Source: Antedon mediterranea
Taxonomy: Eukaryota > Animalia > Echinodermata
Direction: 5' to 3'
Length of the DNA: 64,000 bases
Assembly (NCBI RefSeq): GCF_964355755.1
Contig: NC_092679.1
Coordinates: forward strand, 19,389,432 to 19,453,431
Shown: positions 1-12,756 of the stretch, one piece after another
How the letters are laid out: every line of letters begins with the position of its first letter
How positions within the stretch are numbered: the stretch's first letter is position 1
Notes under the pieces: model-generated
What the model was told of the DNA's origin: nothing
Seen by the model: only the letters and a program-made list of their open reading frames with translations
Databases searched by the model: none
Position numbers and translations under genes: made by a program

Positions 1-1748
1 ACTTTCCACCTGAAATATTTAATCAATAAGTAATTAGGCCTATTTACAATATTTCTGACAATTGTATATTTAAGAAATGTAATAATAAAAGCAATCGCCA
101 TGATTATCTTACATACGGTAGGCCTAATTGTGTATTTATTCATTTATATCGTTAAATTGTATCGAGAAAGAGGCCTACAACAAAATTGCCATGATTATTT
201 TTAATTTTACATTCATGTAAATATATTTCTCCTAAAGTTTAATCCTTATTTGTAAGACACTGTTCATGGGTGATTAATTTATATTTTTATTTTTGTATAC
301 GAGCAAACTGGAATTTAATTTTAATGATATAAACTCTTTTAATTTATTTTTTACTGTGAATTTGAATATGCAACATTGATAAAAATGAACCAGAAATGAA
401 TATAAGTGAAGAATAAGGTATAAGAACATACTGTAGAATACCATAGGGGGAAGTCAGTATTGTGGGATACATGGCAATAATCAGTCAGTCAGTGCAACAG
501 AAAATGTCAGGGAGGGGAGCGGGAATAACCTACCAACAAGTTCTATAAGAAAGACGTTTAGGCCTACAGACAGTTTCTTTACATGCCAATTACACCGGCA
601 ATCATTGAGAAAACTGATCTGAGGTTATAGTAATGAAGCATACTTTCACGTAACTTGCCTTCTATGGGTCTAAATTCAAACGTCTAATGTTTTCCCAGTG
701 GAAAAAAAAACATTATAAAACCCATAAACTTTTAAAAATGTTGTACACTACCGTACGTGACGTCATTATGCATCTCTCAGAGGCAATATAGAAACTGTAT
801 GTTTTAAAATAGATTTATTTCATACGAATATAATTTTAGATTTAAGGTTGGGTGGGGTAGGATAGAACAGATAAAAAGAATAATTAATTTACCATTAATT
901 TATTACCCAAAATCCGTTTATTTTGCAAAACTAAAAATGCGCATGCGTAATGTTTTTTAAAAGGTGTGCAAAATTCAAAACAGACGACATCGAAAGAAAA
1001 CATAAGCCCTAGGCTAGGCCTAGGCCTACTCAGTCTAGACTTCAGCTTATTAATTAAAAAACACAGACTACAATGGCTGAATTTGTGATGTTCATGAACT
1101 ACAACATCAAAGTAAAGTAAGTAGATCTATCGTATATATTTATAAAATAACTTTTATTTAGACAAGTTGTGCTAGACATGCACGGCTAAGCTTCTCTTAA
1201 CTAGCCTAGGCCAAGGCCTAGGCTCTAACTAACTAAGCTTAACTCCCTGCACTGATCCGAAGCTAGTGACACTGTCGCTAGTCGGCTTTACATTCAATGG
1301 CCTGGCTAACTAGGACTAGGCCTAGTCGAAACTTCTACTGCTACAAGGCAACGAGTCTGCTGGCCTAGCTCAGCAAGTTTGGTAGCTTATTTGTCCTGTT
1401 CACCCGATGTGACATGGATGGGGTGATATCGTTAAATTGTGTATGATGTTTTAGAATTGAACCTGGTCTAGCCTTACACAACTTACTAGGCCTATACTAA
1501 CTTTTCTATAAACTATTAATGGCGCAGGTAAGACTACATCCCTATTTCGTTTTTATCATATTCATGTTTAGTTTTTTTTTTAATAAAAAGACTTGAACAA
1601 ATGTTGTTTTTCCTTTTTTTAGTTTAAAAAGTCTTGTAATTCTCTCTCAATTTGTATCTTTTCGTTTTAATTGTTATTATTTTGTATTATACTATAACTT
1701 TATTTGATATTTAATCAACAATAAATAAAGAAATTTTGAATATCAAAC

Positions 1749-1985
1749 CTGTGAGTTGGAATCCATTCACAGATTTGTCATCGTCCGGCAGCGAGAACAT
1801 CCATCCCATGAACTCGCCAATCGTTGACAATATCTGCATTGTTAGCCCAAGATCTTCGTCAACAGGGCTTACGGCCACGTAAGCTCTGCCCTCATTTATG
1901 ACCCCAAAGGTATGAAGGTCTAAATCAACGAACGGTACGCCATTGATGTTGCCATTCATAAGACCACTCGCCCGAATATCGGTAT
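1749..1985 (-). CDS. NID: Nidogen exon 7: start of G2 (G2F) beta-barrel; gene continues beyond the left edge
   Basis: RASGLMNGNING...DLHTFGVINEGRAYVAVS...GWMFS...NGFQLTG matches the G2 pattern (DLHxYxxxxxGRxYxAIS...GWxFA...NGFxxTG); acceptor ttttag, donor G|GTTTGA. Confidence 0.92.
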
Positions 1986-2171
1986 CTAAAATATGAAAAC
2001 GGCAAAGCGTTAAAACAAAAAAAAGAGGGCCTTAAACATCATTATTAAGCATGTATGCCTATTCCCAATTCTATTTCTAGTTCATTTCGTCTAATGGCAA
2101 TTGCACGACATGACCATTTAATTTGTACGTCGTCCATACCAGTTATGAAACAGAATCTCAGGATCACTTAC

Positions 2172-2297
2172 TCTTTAATGTACACCCCAGGCCATTTCCG
2201 ATGTAACCGTCGGCGCAGACACAGCATTCTCCATCTGTAAACTGTCTACATCCTCCATTCTCATGACATTGACTACAATCATCTTCGACAACATCAG
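2172..2297 (-). CDS. NID: Nidogen exon 6: EGF-like module (CSQCHENGGCRQFTDGECCVCADGYIGNGLGC)
   Basis: Phase 1-1 exon with the CCxCxxGYxGNGxxC pattern of the nidogen EGF that precedes G2; acceptor ttctag, donor A|GTAAGT. Confidence 0.9.
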
Positions 2298-2444
2298 CTA
2301 GAATAGTAAAAAAAAAATTAATTTAATATGATACACTATAATGAACGTTATAAATAATGCCTTCCTGGTCCTTTATAATATAGACCTATCATACTTAACA
2401 CCTTGGTACACTAATTATCACCAGATATGGTATTGTATTTTTAC

Positions 2445-2596
2445 CTTGATTACTAGTTTCTTCCACAGGCGTTTCAGTTGTTATAACAAATGGTATTTCG
2501 TCCGTTGGCTCTGCTCCGGAACCCTCTGGTTCACTGGAACTGAATTCTGCTCTAAGGTCGTATACAAACAATCCAGGTCTGCCGACATTGGTTGTT
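2445..2596 (-). CDS. NID: Nidogen exon 5 (TTNVGRPGLFVYDL plus acidic Ser/Thr/Glu linker containing EGSG)
   Basis: End-of-NIDO motif NVGxPG-x-[FW]; acceptor ccctacag, donor G|GTAAAA; phases 2/1 match neighbouring exons. Confidence 0.85.
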
Positions 2597-2845
2597 CTGT
2601 AGGGAATACGTTGAACAAAACCAGAGTGTGTATGAGTGAAAATACGGTTAAATAAATTAGGTGTGACTGTTTTTGAAAAATAAATGCATTGCCTGCTATT
2701 TGATATGAATACAATGTGTTCACAATTAGTATAAAGGTTCATCTGGATCCCAGTATAGTATTCAAATATTTTTTCTTTTCGATCATCCAAAAGAAAAATC
2801 TGAATAATGTGCTCAAAATATATTGAAAAACAAAAGGTGCCTTAC

Positions 2846-3033
2846 AGATATAAATCGAACGCGCTGGAGGAAGCTGATCCTGGTAAAGTGAAGTACGAAC
2901 GCCTATCGCCAAGCGTAACTCCTGCTTGTGGGTAGTTTGTGATCAATGACGGTTCGTTGATTGGATCTTCGTACATAAACAAGCCGTACGTTGACGAGCC
3001 ATCGGTTGCCAATGCCAGTTGGAATGTGGCACT
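2846..3033 (-). CDS. NID: Nidogen exon 4 (SATFQLALATDGSSTYGLFMY...AGVTLGDRRSYFTLPGS)
   Basis: Core NIDO signature TFQxxLxTDGxxTY...AG...GD...LPGS; acceptor aatttag, donor CT|GTAAGG, phase 2. Confidence 0.92.
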
Positions 3034-3259
3034 CTAAATTATAATTGGAAAAATGTTATGCATTGAACCACTGTCACCAACATTGCCATCACCAATAACA
3101 CAAACGGATAGGAGCCACCACCACCACCTAAACCTCATCAGCAATTGCAGGCGCTTCCAATACCAGCAACGACGTCGTATTATCAAAAGCATAGAAATCA
3201 CATAGCGGATTAACAATGTGTATTTTTTATCCAACGCGTAAAACAGAACATTAACCTAC

Positions 3260-3416
3260 CTCTACATCTCCTTTCTGACGGACGTCTTCCCAGGTAAAAA
3301 TTAATACTGATCTTGGCTGAAAGTCTTTGTTCATGTATCGCCATATGTCTTGTTTAGCTCTTCTAAGGTAGTATTCGTCGTTAGTCGAACCATACCAGAC
3401 ATAACCAGCATCAGAA
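3260..3416 (-). CDS. NID: Nidogen exon 3 (SDAGYVWYGSTNDEYYLRRAKQDIWRYMNKDFQPRSVLIFTWEDV...)
   Basis: Acceptor tttttttcag; open frame with G-x-V-x-Y and F-x-P-x(3)-L-I-x-T-W NIDO motifs; donor GAG|GTAGGT, phase 0. Not in the ORF track; translated by hand. Confidence 0.88.
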
Positions 3417-3469
3417 CTGAAAAAAACCCCAATTGATTACTATAACAACAAGATTACAAGTAATGGCAA

Positions 3470-3876
3470 TACCGTGAATCTTCTAATAGTAATCCCCCTT
3501 CTAATAGTAACCCAAGTCAGTCTATAATAATAACCCACTACTTTAATAGTAACCCATGCGAGTTACTATTAGAGTCACAAAAACTTATGATACAGCCGTA
3601 TTTTTAAAATATGGAGATAATGCATGTTAATCTCGGGAGTAGGGGAGGATTGAGTGTTTTTGTGTTTATTAATTAAAGTTATAGTTCAACCAAATTTGTT
3701 TATTTGTACTGTTTTATTATTTTGCTATGAGTTGCTGACTGGGGGTGGGTTACTATTTTCAGGTGCCTAATTTAAGATTAGTAATAGTAACCCACTACTC
3801 TTACTAATAGTAACCCACCTTAAAAAAAACAATCAAAGAATAATAACACAGGGTTACAATTAGAAGATTTACGGTA
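3470..3876. mobile_element. MITE with TA flanks (Tc1/mariner-pogo type)
   Basis: Imperfect terminal inverted repeats TACCGTGAATCTTCTAATAGTAA... / ...GGGTTACAATTAGAAGATTTACGGTA; internal reiteration of TAATAGTAACCC. Confidence 0.7.
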
Positions 3877-4235
3877 ACTATACTGACATTCACACTTCTC
3901 AAAAACGTTGTGCCCAAAGACATGTGCGTAATTGATTGAAATGTAGTTATTAATTATTTACGGTTTTTGTGTTTCTTTCAAGTTTTCGATTACTTACAAC
4001 TACAGTAATATATCGGGAAAGCAGAGTTGGGAAAGTACGTCTTTCAATGCATGGCGACGATCCATACCGAATATATATGGGCAAGTATGCGATCGCCGAC
4101 ATTGTTCAGATAGTAACAAGACACATGGGAATTTCTCCCAAGTTTGGTCAAGCAACCAATTTGTAGCAGTTACTTTTGTTCCCCCCATGGGGTATTAAAA
4201 ATCAGATTTAAAAGTACCGAGTGTCGTAAATAATA

Positions 4236-4547
4236 TACAAATAATGAATGTTTATGAGTGCAATGGTACAAATAATGGCACGAGGTGAATGATGAAAGGT
4301 TATATCAACGAGGCAAAGCCGAGTTGATATAACCTTTCATCATTCACCAAGTGCCATTATTTGTACCATTACACGAATACAAAACATTCATTATTTGTTT
4401 TATATAACATCTAGACGTTTTTTTTTCGTACACAAAAATGTTTCAAAAAGTACTATTTAACGATCGTTGAATAGTGCGTACTATTGCACGCCATGTGACC
4501 CACATTCGTCCAATCAAATGACAGGAATTTATATAGGTGTTATATAA
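4236..4547. mobile_element. ~310-bp interspersed element containing a ~160-bp near-perfect hairpin
   Basis: Palindrome 4236-4400 centred on GAGGCAAAGCCGAG; near-identical inverted copy at 54713-55010. Confidence 0.8.
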
Positions 4548-5131
4548 AAGAACTTATTTGCAAGTCGCTAAATTGTTTTTCAATATTATAATGTTCTAAT
4601 AACGTGTATTATTTCCGACTTGTGGTATATACCTCGCAAACTAGACTATTTAACGAGTCGTAAATAAGTTCCTTAACTAGATTTGATGACTTTTTGTATT
4701 ACTCACGCGATATGTAACTTACTTAAATGAGTCTTGAATTAAACAGTACATGTATGTTTTGATCATTTTTAAATTCCTTTTTCAAATCAACATCAAGATT
4801 AGATATTCGCATCAAAGTATTCAAAATTGTATACACTGTTCAATAAATAACTAGATAGGCCTGAGATAGTTTTCAATCAAATGTTCAAGCACAGTGTAGG
4901 CCTATACATTGTAAGTGACATCGTTCACACTGGGCACATACAAATGGTGCCTAATATACGCTAGTGCATTTAAAAAAAGTTTTGACCGAAGGATTGTCCT
5001 TCCTATTTTGATATTAGATAACACACCATATTTTACGTTTGATCACGATTTAACCTAGTTCATATGAGTGTCACTACATGACCTAAATAGACATACATAC
5101 AATACATTTCACTTTCTTTCTTTTGGACTTA

Positions 5132-5440
5132 AGGCCCATTTACACTAGGACATAAAACAAAATAAATTAGAACGGGTTTAGTTTCTAGGATAATCATAAT
5201 TAAATCAATTTACGTCGTAATCAATAATAAACAATAACATATTTTTATTGTCACGATATTATATTTCTCTTAGTCCTACTAATCATGATTTTGATTGGAC
5301 GTGTGAAAATATCATTTTCATCAAAGGAAGCATACATGGTTATCGTGTAGTTCTACGGTGAAATTTTTTTATATTTCTTGTGTTTTATGCATGGAAAATG
5401 CATATCTATGTATCGTTATCGTCCTAGTGTAAATTGGCAT
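5132..5440. mobile_element. PIF/Harbinger (Tourist)-type MITE
   Basis: TIRs AGGCCCATTTACACTAGGA / TCCTAGTGTAAATTGGCAT with TTA on both sides. Confidence 0.65.
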
Positions 5441-6608
5441 TTACACGATATTTCGGGACGATATTATAACAACATTTTGTGAATAGTGAACATTTTCATT
5501 GGAAAAATTGTGATTAAAAATAGGTAATAGTTGATCTGAAGCCTGAGTAGGAAACACATAATATATAGTTTTGCACTGCATTTTTGTATGAACATGTAGG
5601 AATAGGCCTAGCTTAGTCATAAGAATGTCCACCCTATATGTTTCAAAATCCTGAATCCGCCACTGGAGGTTCATGTAGCTATGCTGCACTGGGGCGAAAA
5701 TCATCCAACACTATAAGTACCATCAATTAAGCATTAATTGTTGATGGATCTCTTTGATCATTTCAGACTTTTCATTCCTTTTACAGACGATTGCAGTCAA
5801 AAAATAAACATGTCCCCGGATATTATTATGACCCCGGCTAATTCAATCTATTGTGTCTTTGGAACATTTTCTGCTCGAGCGACTGAGACATAATTACCGC
5901 AGTCACCACATGAATCTGATTTTACAATTTTCATTTAAAACCGTTTTTAACTGATTTATAACTATTGTGATTGGTATTGAGGATAACAAAACAACTTGGA
6001 ACTGTTACAAATTAGTTACAGCAGACAGATATCACAGTTCAATAAGCAACTGATTCGAGTTCATAGCAAGTTCAAGCGAAGAGAAAATATTTATATCATT
6101 TTCGCTCGGATAGTCCTATTTTACTAAATATCAAGTTTATTGTTTCAGTTTTCAGGGAGATTTAGGAAATAAATAAAGTTTCTTTAGATACTACAGAATC
6201 TGACAAACAAGTAGCCAATAATATGGATTTGAGTGTCGGGGAAAGTTCCGGGCAGGTTACCATTCCGTTTACACGGAATAATACTTTAAGATCCTACCAT
6301 TAATTGTGTCCACACAGGAGTAACATTTATTTCTCGGCAAAATGTTTTCTACTGTTTCGACTCAAATCCAACCTGTCATCTTAGATTAAGTAGTTGATCT
6401 ATAGGTTTGTTAATAAACCTGGCTTCATTGAAACCATTTGCTAAAGATAAACTCAAGTAGGTCTACATGCGACGACCCTTAACACATAGTACCCCTCAAT
6501 ATAATAATCAATGGTGTTTGTCACTGTTCCTGGTATAGACATCGAAGGAATATTTTGGTAAAGTTTGGTTCCCATTTAGAAGCAATTCTTAACACTAGAC
6601 CCAACTAA

Positions 6609-6736
6609 ATCTATGGCGGGCTAAATTGTCATTTAATCATTAAATGAGATATCTCTTTTTAAACTAAGGTATCTCTATTGAAAACTATAGGATATCTTTG
6701 TTAATGATTATATGACAGTTTGGCCCGCCATAGATA
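6609..6736. mobile_element. Short palindromic MITE
   Basis: ATCTATGGCGGGCTAAATTGTCATTTAATCATTAA ... TTAATGATTATATGACAGTTTGGCCCGCCATAGAT inverted arms. Confidence 0.6.
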
Positions 6737-7944
6737 TTAATGTGACAGTTTGGATGATCCATCGCGTCGTGATAGGTCAAATTACATATGGCGCGCGTAC
6801 GTTCTTGCGTTACGTACTTTAAGTGGAAATCGAGCTTAAAGGTTAGGTTTACTGTACTTGCAATAGCATTTACGAAATAATTGTTATAAAAAGGCAGTTG
6901 TTAGATTGCATGGTTATAATACGTTTCTTGTTTACAACTCCGGTCAATTATGTTTGTAGCCTCCGAAGTTTATGAATGACCGGCAAAAGAACGTCAAACA
7001 ATGATAACCCGTACATAAGAGTTTATCCTGATATCGAATAAATGGCGTTTCAAAAGCTAAACAAATACAAATAGGGGGCTTACAAAACCACATAATCTCC
7101 TTATTGTGTGTCGATGAAGGTTCAAACCGAGTCGCCTGTCTTTGAATGAGCATTTTTGTATCATTCTTTGGGACATTTAGTTTGTATATGTTCTGTACTT
7201 ACAAACGTAATATGTTTAACCTTGCAAAATTGATTATAAATTAAGTTGAATGAATTGGAATTACAATTTGCTTCCGATTGCTAATGTAATAATAGAAGTT
7301 TACAAAGAGACTAGAATAATGCTAATTAAGTTTATATTCCGGTTCTAATTAATTATTGCACAATAGGACTGCGTAACAATTACTTTTTTTTACGCGTGCG
7401 TCTAAAGCAGTATAACCATGGACCTATGAATTAATCTAATTTAGGTCCATTATAACCTTATGTCTATAGCGACAAAAAAAATCTAGATTATCTCCTCTTC
7501 TGACAGCAATCTTAATCCAATGTGATACCGTATGTAAGATATGATTTAGAGACTTAGGTTAATCATGGAGTTATGTTGCTGGTGGTATGACCTGTTGCTG
7601 TTAGTAGACACGATACTGTAGGACCATTGACATGTCGTTAGCCACGATATCTTACACGAATCGGCTGCAATTTAAGGGCTACACTACAACCATAAGCAAA
7701 CACTATAATGTCAGTGTTTGTTACGATAAAACGATAAGAAAGGGAGTCAATATTTGACCAGAATTAACTTGAATGGCAATGAAATAAAATATTCCATGGC
7801 ATCATCATTCTCATGGACAATGGACAATGAAAGGTCAATTCCCATCAACTAATAGAAATATTGTTGACGAAAAATGTCTAGAATACCTTCCTTCCAGTAC
7901 AGTAAATATTGTAAAATGCAATAAAATCCCGTGCACAATGATTG

Positions 7945-8200
7945 TATTTGAGGTGTTACGTAGCGGTAGACGTTACCGTTCCATCATCTCTCGTACAAAT
8001 ATGTTTCGTAACAGCTTTTATCCAGCTGCCGTTCGGGCATTGAAGCGGCTTGTCAGTACGTACGAGAGTGATGCGAAACTTTGTAGTTGTTTTTCGTTTA
8101 TCTGTTTTTGTATATCTCAGAGCAAACATAATTTCTATGTATATTTTATATGCAAATGACAATAAATGGAAGTAATTTTCCACTGATGAATGAATGAATA
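7945..8200 (+). mobile_element. 3' fragment of a Rex1/Babar-like non-LTR retrotransposon
   Basis: Translation LRSGRRYRSIISRTNMFRNSFYPAAVRAL matches the LPSGRRYRS...RT.R..NSF.P.A.R.L C-terminus of this LINE group; followed by AATAAA and a (GAAT)n tail. Confidence 0.7.
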
Positions 8201-8542
8201 TGATCAAGTATCATTTCTCTTTCGTACAAAAAAGAAACTATTTCAGGTAAAATCATAGGTACGGTCTGCTGATACTGAGAATATAATGTAATAGTAATAG
8301 GTCCATGTGGAGGAGTGAGATGTACTTTTAAAGCAAGTTAATCAGCTTACCTGCCCTAATTGACATTCGGATTATACCGATAAGGCTATAATGCAAATAT
8401 TGAAATCTTGCAAGGGCAATGAATCTCGTGTAGTTCATTGGCATCTTTTATTTTTTCTAGTTCTACAATGACGTAATAATGCTAGTTGCTGAAGGCCTAC
8501 CGGGAAATGAAATATAATATACTAAATGGAAAGCACATTATT

Positions 8543-8736
8543 CAGTGGCGTAACGCAGAGGCCCTTGGTTTAGAAGCCCTAAGTAGCCCTCCAACGCTGG
8601 AGGCCTCGGGCGTTTTTAGCTTTTTTCGACATATTTTAATGTCTGTTTCCCCTCTGAGCACTGCTCACGGCCACCATAAGCTCCGGGGCCCTATAGGTTT
8701 AGCCAGTGAGCGCTCATAGTCGTTACTACGCCACTG
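8543..8736. mobile_element. hAT-type MITE
   Basis: TIRs CAGTGGCGTA / TACGCCACTG; flanks acattatt / atattatc resemble a decayed 8-bp TSD; related inverted copy at 61136-61305. Confidence 0.7.
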
Positions 8737-8869
8737 ATATTATCACAGTCGATACCTCAATCCCCACCACCACTCTTGTCCCAAGGTGCCAGTAAGTACA
8801 AAACTTAATTATCGCCACCGAGGTAATTATTATTACTCGGTCATTAAGAAATATTTTTCAAATCTTTAC

Positions 8870-9003
8870 CTGGTATCAAAGTCTGCTAGAAACGGTGCAA
8901 TCAGTCTTGTTGGGTAATTTGAAAGATATGTAGGCCGACTAAAATCGTACGCCTTCTCACCGAGTGGGGTTGGTTCGAACTTTAAAAACCCGTCAGTATG
9001 TAC
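8870..9003 (-). CDS. NID: Nidogen exon 2 (VHTDGFLKF...LIAPFLADFDT)
   Basis: T-rich acceptor ...tacacag|GTA; IAPFLAD motif typical of NIDO-domain proteins; donor AG|GTAAAG, phase 2, compatible with exon 3. Confidence 0.9.
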
Positions 9004-9240
9004 CTGTGTATAAAAAAAAAGCAGGTCTCGTAAAAAGCGTGTCATAATCAAACAACAACAACAAACGCACAAAGTACGTACATTGTACGTACGCACATAA
9101 CATACGTATAAAGTATACGCTAAAAAGTCGTCAGTATGTACCTGTACAATAAAACAGACTCATTAAAAGTGAGTCACTTGTCAAACCAAACAACATCAAA
9201 CGCATAAAGTATGTACAACGTACGTACGCACATATACGCA
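8985..9240. repeat. 138-bp tandem duplication spanning the nidogen intron 1/exon 2 acceptor
   Basis: cgtcagtatgtacctgt at ~8991 and ~9129; downstream aaacgca.aaagta.gtaca...tacgtacgcacata also repeated. Confidence 0.75.
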
Positions 9241-10465
9241 ATCATGATTGCGTGAATGATCACATATAGGAACCAATGCTGTCGTAACCAGTAATAAACG
9301 TTTATTTAAAAAATTCATCGAAAATAAAATTATGTAAAATTCGTGCTTAAACCAATAATGATATACACAGACAGACACAGAAGTTTTTCTTTTATTTATT
9401 GGTAATTAGTTTGAGAATTTCTGCTGTTTTGAAGTGCAGACAAATACATATGAAGTGTATTACATTGTAACGAGAGGCGGATTATTTAAATGGTTGTTAA
9501 ACTATATAAACATATCATAATGTGTATTGCACTACTGGGAACACAAGTTGAAGGTGGGTCAATACAATATTTTTTTTTCAAGGATGTGTTTCAACGACAT
9601 AATGTTAACATAAAACATTTTAAACATTCTGATAAAACCTAAGTTGACATTGGAATGAAATATTCTGATAAAACAAAAGTTGACATTTTAAAAATAAAAC
9701 ATGATAAAACAGTTTATTAGATTACATTTTTGGAATATTGAAGAATTTTATTTAATTTCTAGGCTATAATATTATTTGGAAATAAGTTTGGACGTAACGT
9801 TCATAAACAATGAGGTACGGTACCAACAGTTCAAAGTTCAAATTGCTAATCAAGTAACACTTGATTAGAAAAGAAAAGAATTTTAAAGAAAATATCAAAT
9901 TCCTCGAGGAAGTTATTGTCCTTTGCTGAAGCACTGTAGGATTAACTTTGGAACTTTTGGACAATCCTAATGAATGATTATTTTATACAATTTATTTTAT
10001 CGAAGCCAATATTGAAATAAATCTGGTTTACAAACAATCTTAATTATCGATTTAAAAATAATGTTTACATAGCTTTTTATACATATTTCTTTTATATTTC
10101 CTGTTATGTCTGATATATGGCTAAGTTTAGTAAAACCACTACACACATCCTAATTGGTACCTACGTCATCCGAGTCCTTGATCTAACTTATTATGCGAAT
10201 AAAAAAAGTTGTATTACCGTAGTATCAACGCTACACATGATAGTTATAGTACATGGTATGTTTTTCCGTTAAAAAAAAAAGTATGACAAGCCAAGTTCGC
10301 CAAAAATACTCAATCCACTAAGCAATTGATACCATCTACACCGGTATGATGTCATGCTATTAACGTCTGCGGTGGAATGTGGTAGCTATTATAAAAGGTA
10401 CGGGAAGAGAACTTGATAAACATAGACATCCTGACAAGCATGGAAGAAAACAAGATGGAGGAAAA

Positions 10466-11070
10466 AGAACAAAAACCAGACGAAAATGAAAGGAAAAGAA
10501 CAAAAACCAACGAAGATGAGAGAAAAGGAACAAATACCAAACGAAGATGAAAGAAAAAGAACAAAAACCAGACGAAGATGAAAGAAGAAGAACGATAACC
10601 AGACAAAGATGAAAGAAAAAGAACGATAACCAGACGAAGATGAAAGAAAAAGAACGATAACCAGACGAAGATGAAAGAAAAAGAACGATAACCAGACGAA
10701 GATGAAAGAAAAAGGACGATAACCAGACGAAGATGAAAGAAAAAGAACACAAACCAGACGAAGATGAAAGAAAAAGAACGATAACCAGACGAAGATGAAA
10801 GAAAAAGAACGATAACCAGACGAAGATGAAAGAAAAAGAACGATAACCAGACGAAGATGAAAGAAAAAGAACGATAACCAGACGAAGATGAAAGAAAAAG
10901 AACAATAACCAGAACAAGATGAAAGAAAAAGAACGATAACCAGACGAAGATGAAAGAAAAAGAACGATAACCAGACCAAGATTACAGAAAAAGAACAAAA
11001 ACCAGACCAAGATATGAATAAGGATGACTAAAAGAAGATGACAGAAAAAGAACGATAACCAGACGAAAAT
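10466..11070. repeat. 31-bp purine-rich minisatellite (GAACGATAACCAGACGAAGATGAAAGAAAAA), about 18-20 units including degenerate ends, in nidogen intron 1
   Basis: Period of 31 nt read directly from 10621 onward. Confidence 0.95.
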
Positions 11071-12756
11071 ATGAATAAGGATGACTAAAAGAAAATGAAA
11101 GAAAAGGATGACTAAATAGAAGATTAACGAAATGGATGACCAAATGGAAAAAAAAAACAAAGTTAAAAAAGAATGACAACCAAAAAAAAAAGTAAGAAAA
11201 TAAAGCAAAAGAATCGAAGAAAGAAAAGAAGATGATAATGAAAAAAAAATATCCACGAGAAGATCAAGAAGAAGAATAAATAAGATAATGAACAAAAAAA
11301 ACGCGATAATAACAAATTGGAAAAGAAGAAAGAGATGTTATTACAAATTTGGAATAATAAGAGAGAAACAAAACAATATAAACCAAACATGATTGAAGAA
11401 AAGCTATCACATTTTCTAACTATGTGTAGGCCTACTAGATACATTGTACAACATGAACATAGTAGTAGAAATATTTGACCTACATTTACCCTTTTGATAA
11501 TAAAGGAGTGTTGGAGTTTTATCTCTTTGTCCTAATAGACCATGATAATATCAGCAGTAAAGTACTGCTATTATTAGATATGGGTTATTATTTCTGATGA
11601 TAAACAACACATAGGCCTTTTTAACGGATATGGATATAGGCCCGAGTATAAAGTTATGTTTTCTCCAAATTGGTACTTGTTATCTAACAATAAATGTATT
11701 TTTGTCGGAAGTTGTTTCTTATGAATAATCTGGAAATGAGTATCAAGTATTAAAAGATATAATATGTGGAAAACATCCGTACTTAGTACAGTACAAGTAA
11801 AAGTTATTTGTACAACTATAGGCTAATTCCTATGGTGTAACACAGCCCGTCTGTCATTAGCATTTCAATGGTGTTTTCGGTTCACCGCAACATCTTTTAT
11901 GCATTTTCACAGCCTCCAGAGGAAAAAAAATAATTGATAGGACATAAATAGGCAAAAATCGCGACAATATCCGCGTCAATAGCCACATGTAAACAGCCAG
12001 CGCCCTGGATGTCCGCTTGGGTAACGAACAATTCAAGAACCCAGCCTAGTCCGAATTGTTCTTCTGAAATCGTTTCTGATAATTACTTAACAATAACAGG
12101 TATTAGACCGATTTCTTTTTAATGCAATGACGGAGCAGCCGAGTTATGTTTGATTGAGGTGTTTATGGAGTCTGTAAGTCTTCGGAGAGGGATAAAATCT
12201 CGTTCACATTCCAATGCCGTGAAATTTTTGTTTGATTAAACGTATATGAAATCGGTTGAGTCATGCGAAGAATCGGGACTTATCAAACCCACGGGGCTAC
12301 CTTAAAATATATTTATTTATAGATCTTTATTACACAACCCTGGTAAGCATTCATGTGTACACAAACTTGTTCATCTCACTCTATATAAAGACAAATTTAC
12401 TGTCTTTATATCTCTAGCTGTCATCTATCTATGTAGTCATCATCGGTGCATAAATCGAGGTGATAATAAATAACAGTTTAAGAATCCAACAAATGTTATT
12501 TATCTCATTGATATAGTCAGTTTTAATTAAATTGTAAACATGGCACTATGTTACATAATGAATAGATAGACACTGTACAATAAACAGATGTTAGTGTAGG
12601 TCTATATAGGACATGGAGTTGTAGGACTATAGTTTAATACTTCCTAAAAAATAACTATAGGCCTAAATAATTGGTATTAGGTGTTTTAACAATACGATTT
12701 CCCGTCCTACATAGATTAGAATTGTAGGCCTACAGCAAAATCAATACAGTACTTAC

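Noticed and set aside
7827-8159. 110-aa ORF as a host gene
   Set aside because: Only the central ~30 aa are recognisable, and they belong to a LINE 3' end.
10466-11070. CRISPR-like periodicity
   Set aside because: Head-to-tail repeats with no unique spacers, no cas genes, and a eukaryotic intron context.
10352-11444. Overlapping Phe/Ser/Leu-rich minus-strand ORFs up to 311 aa that look like membrane proteins
   Set aside because: Products of the 31-bp minisatellite and flanking purine-rich DNA: the T/C-rich strand lacks stops and all three frames cycle through the same peptide.
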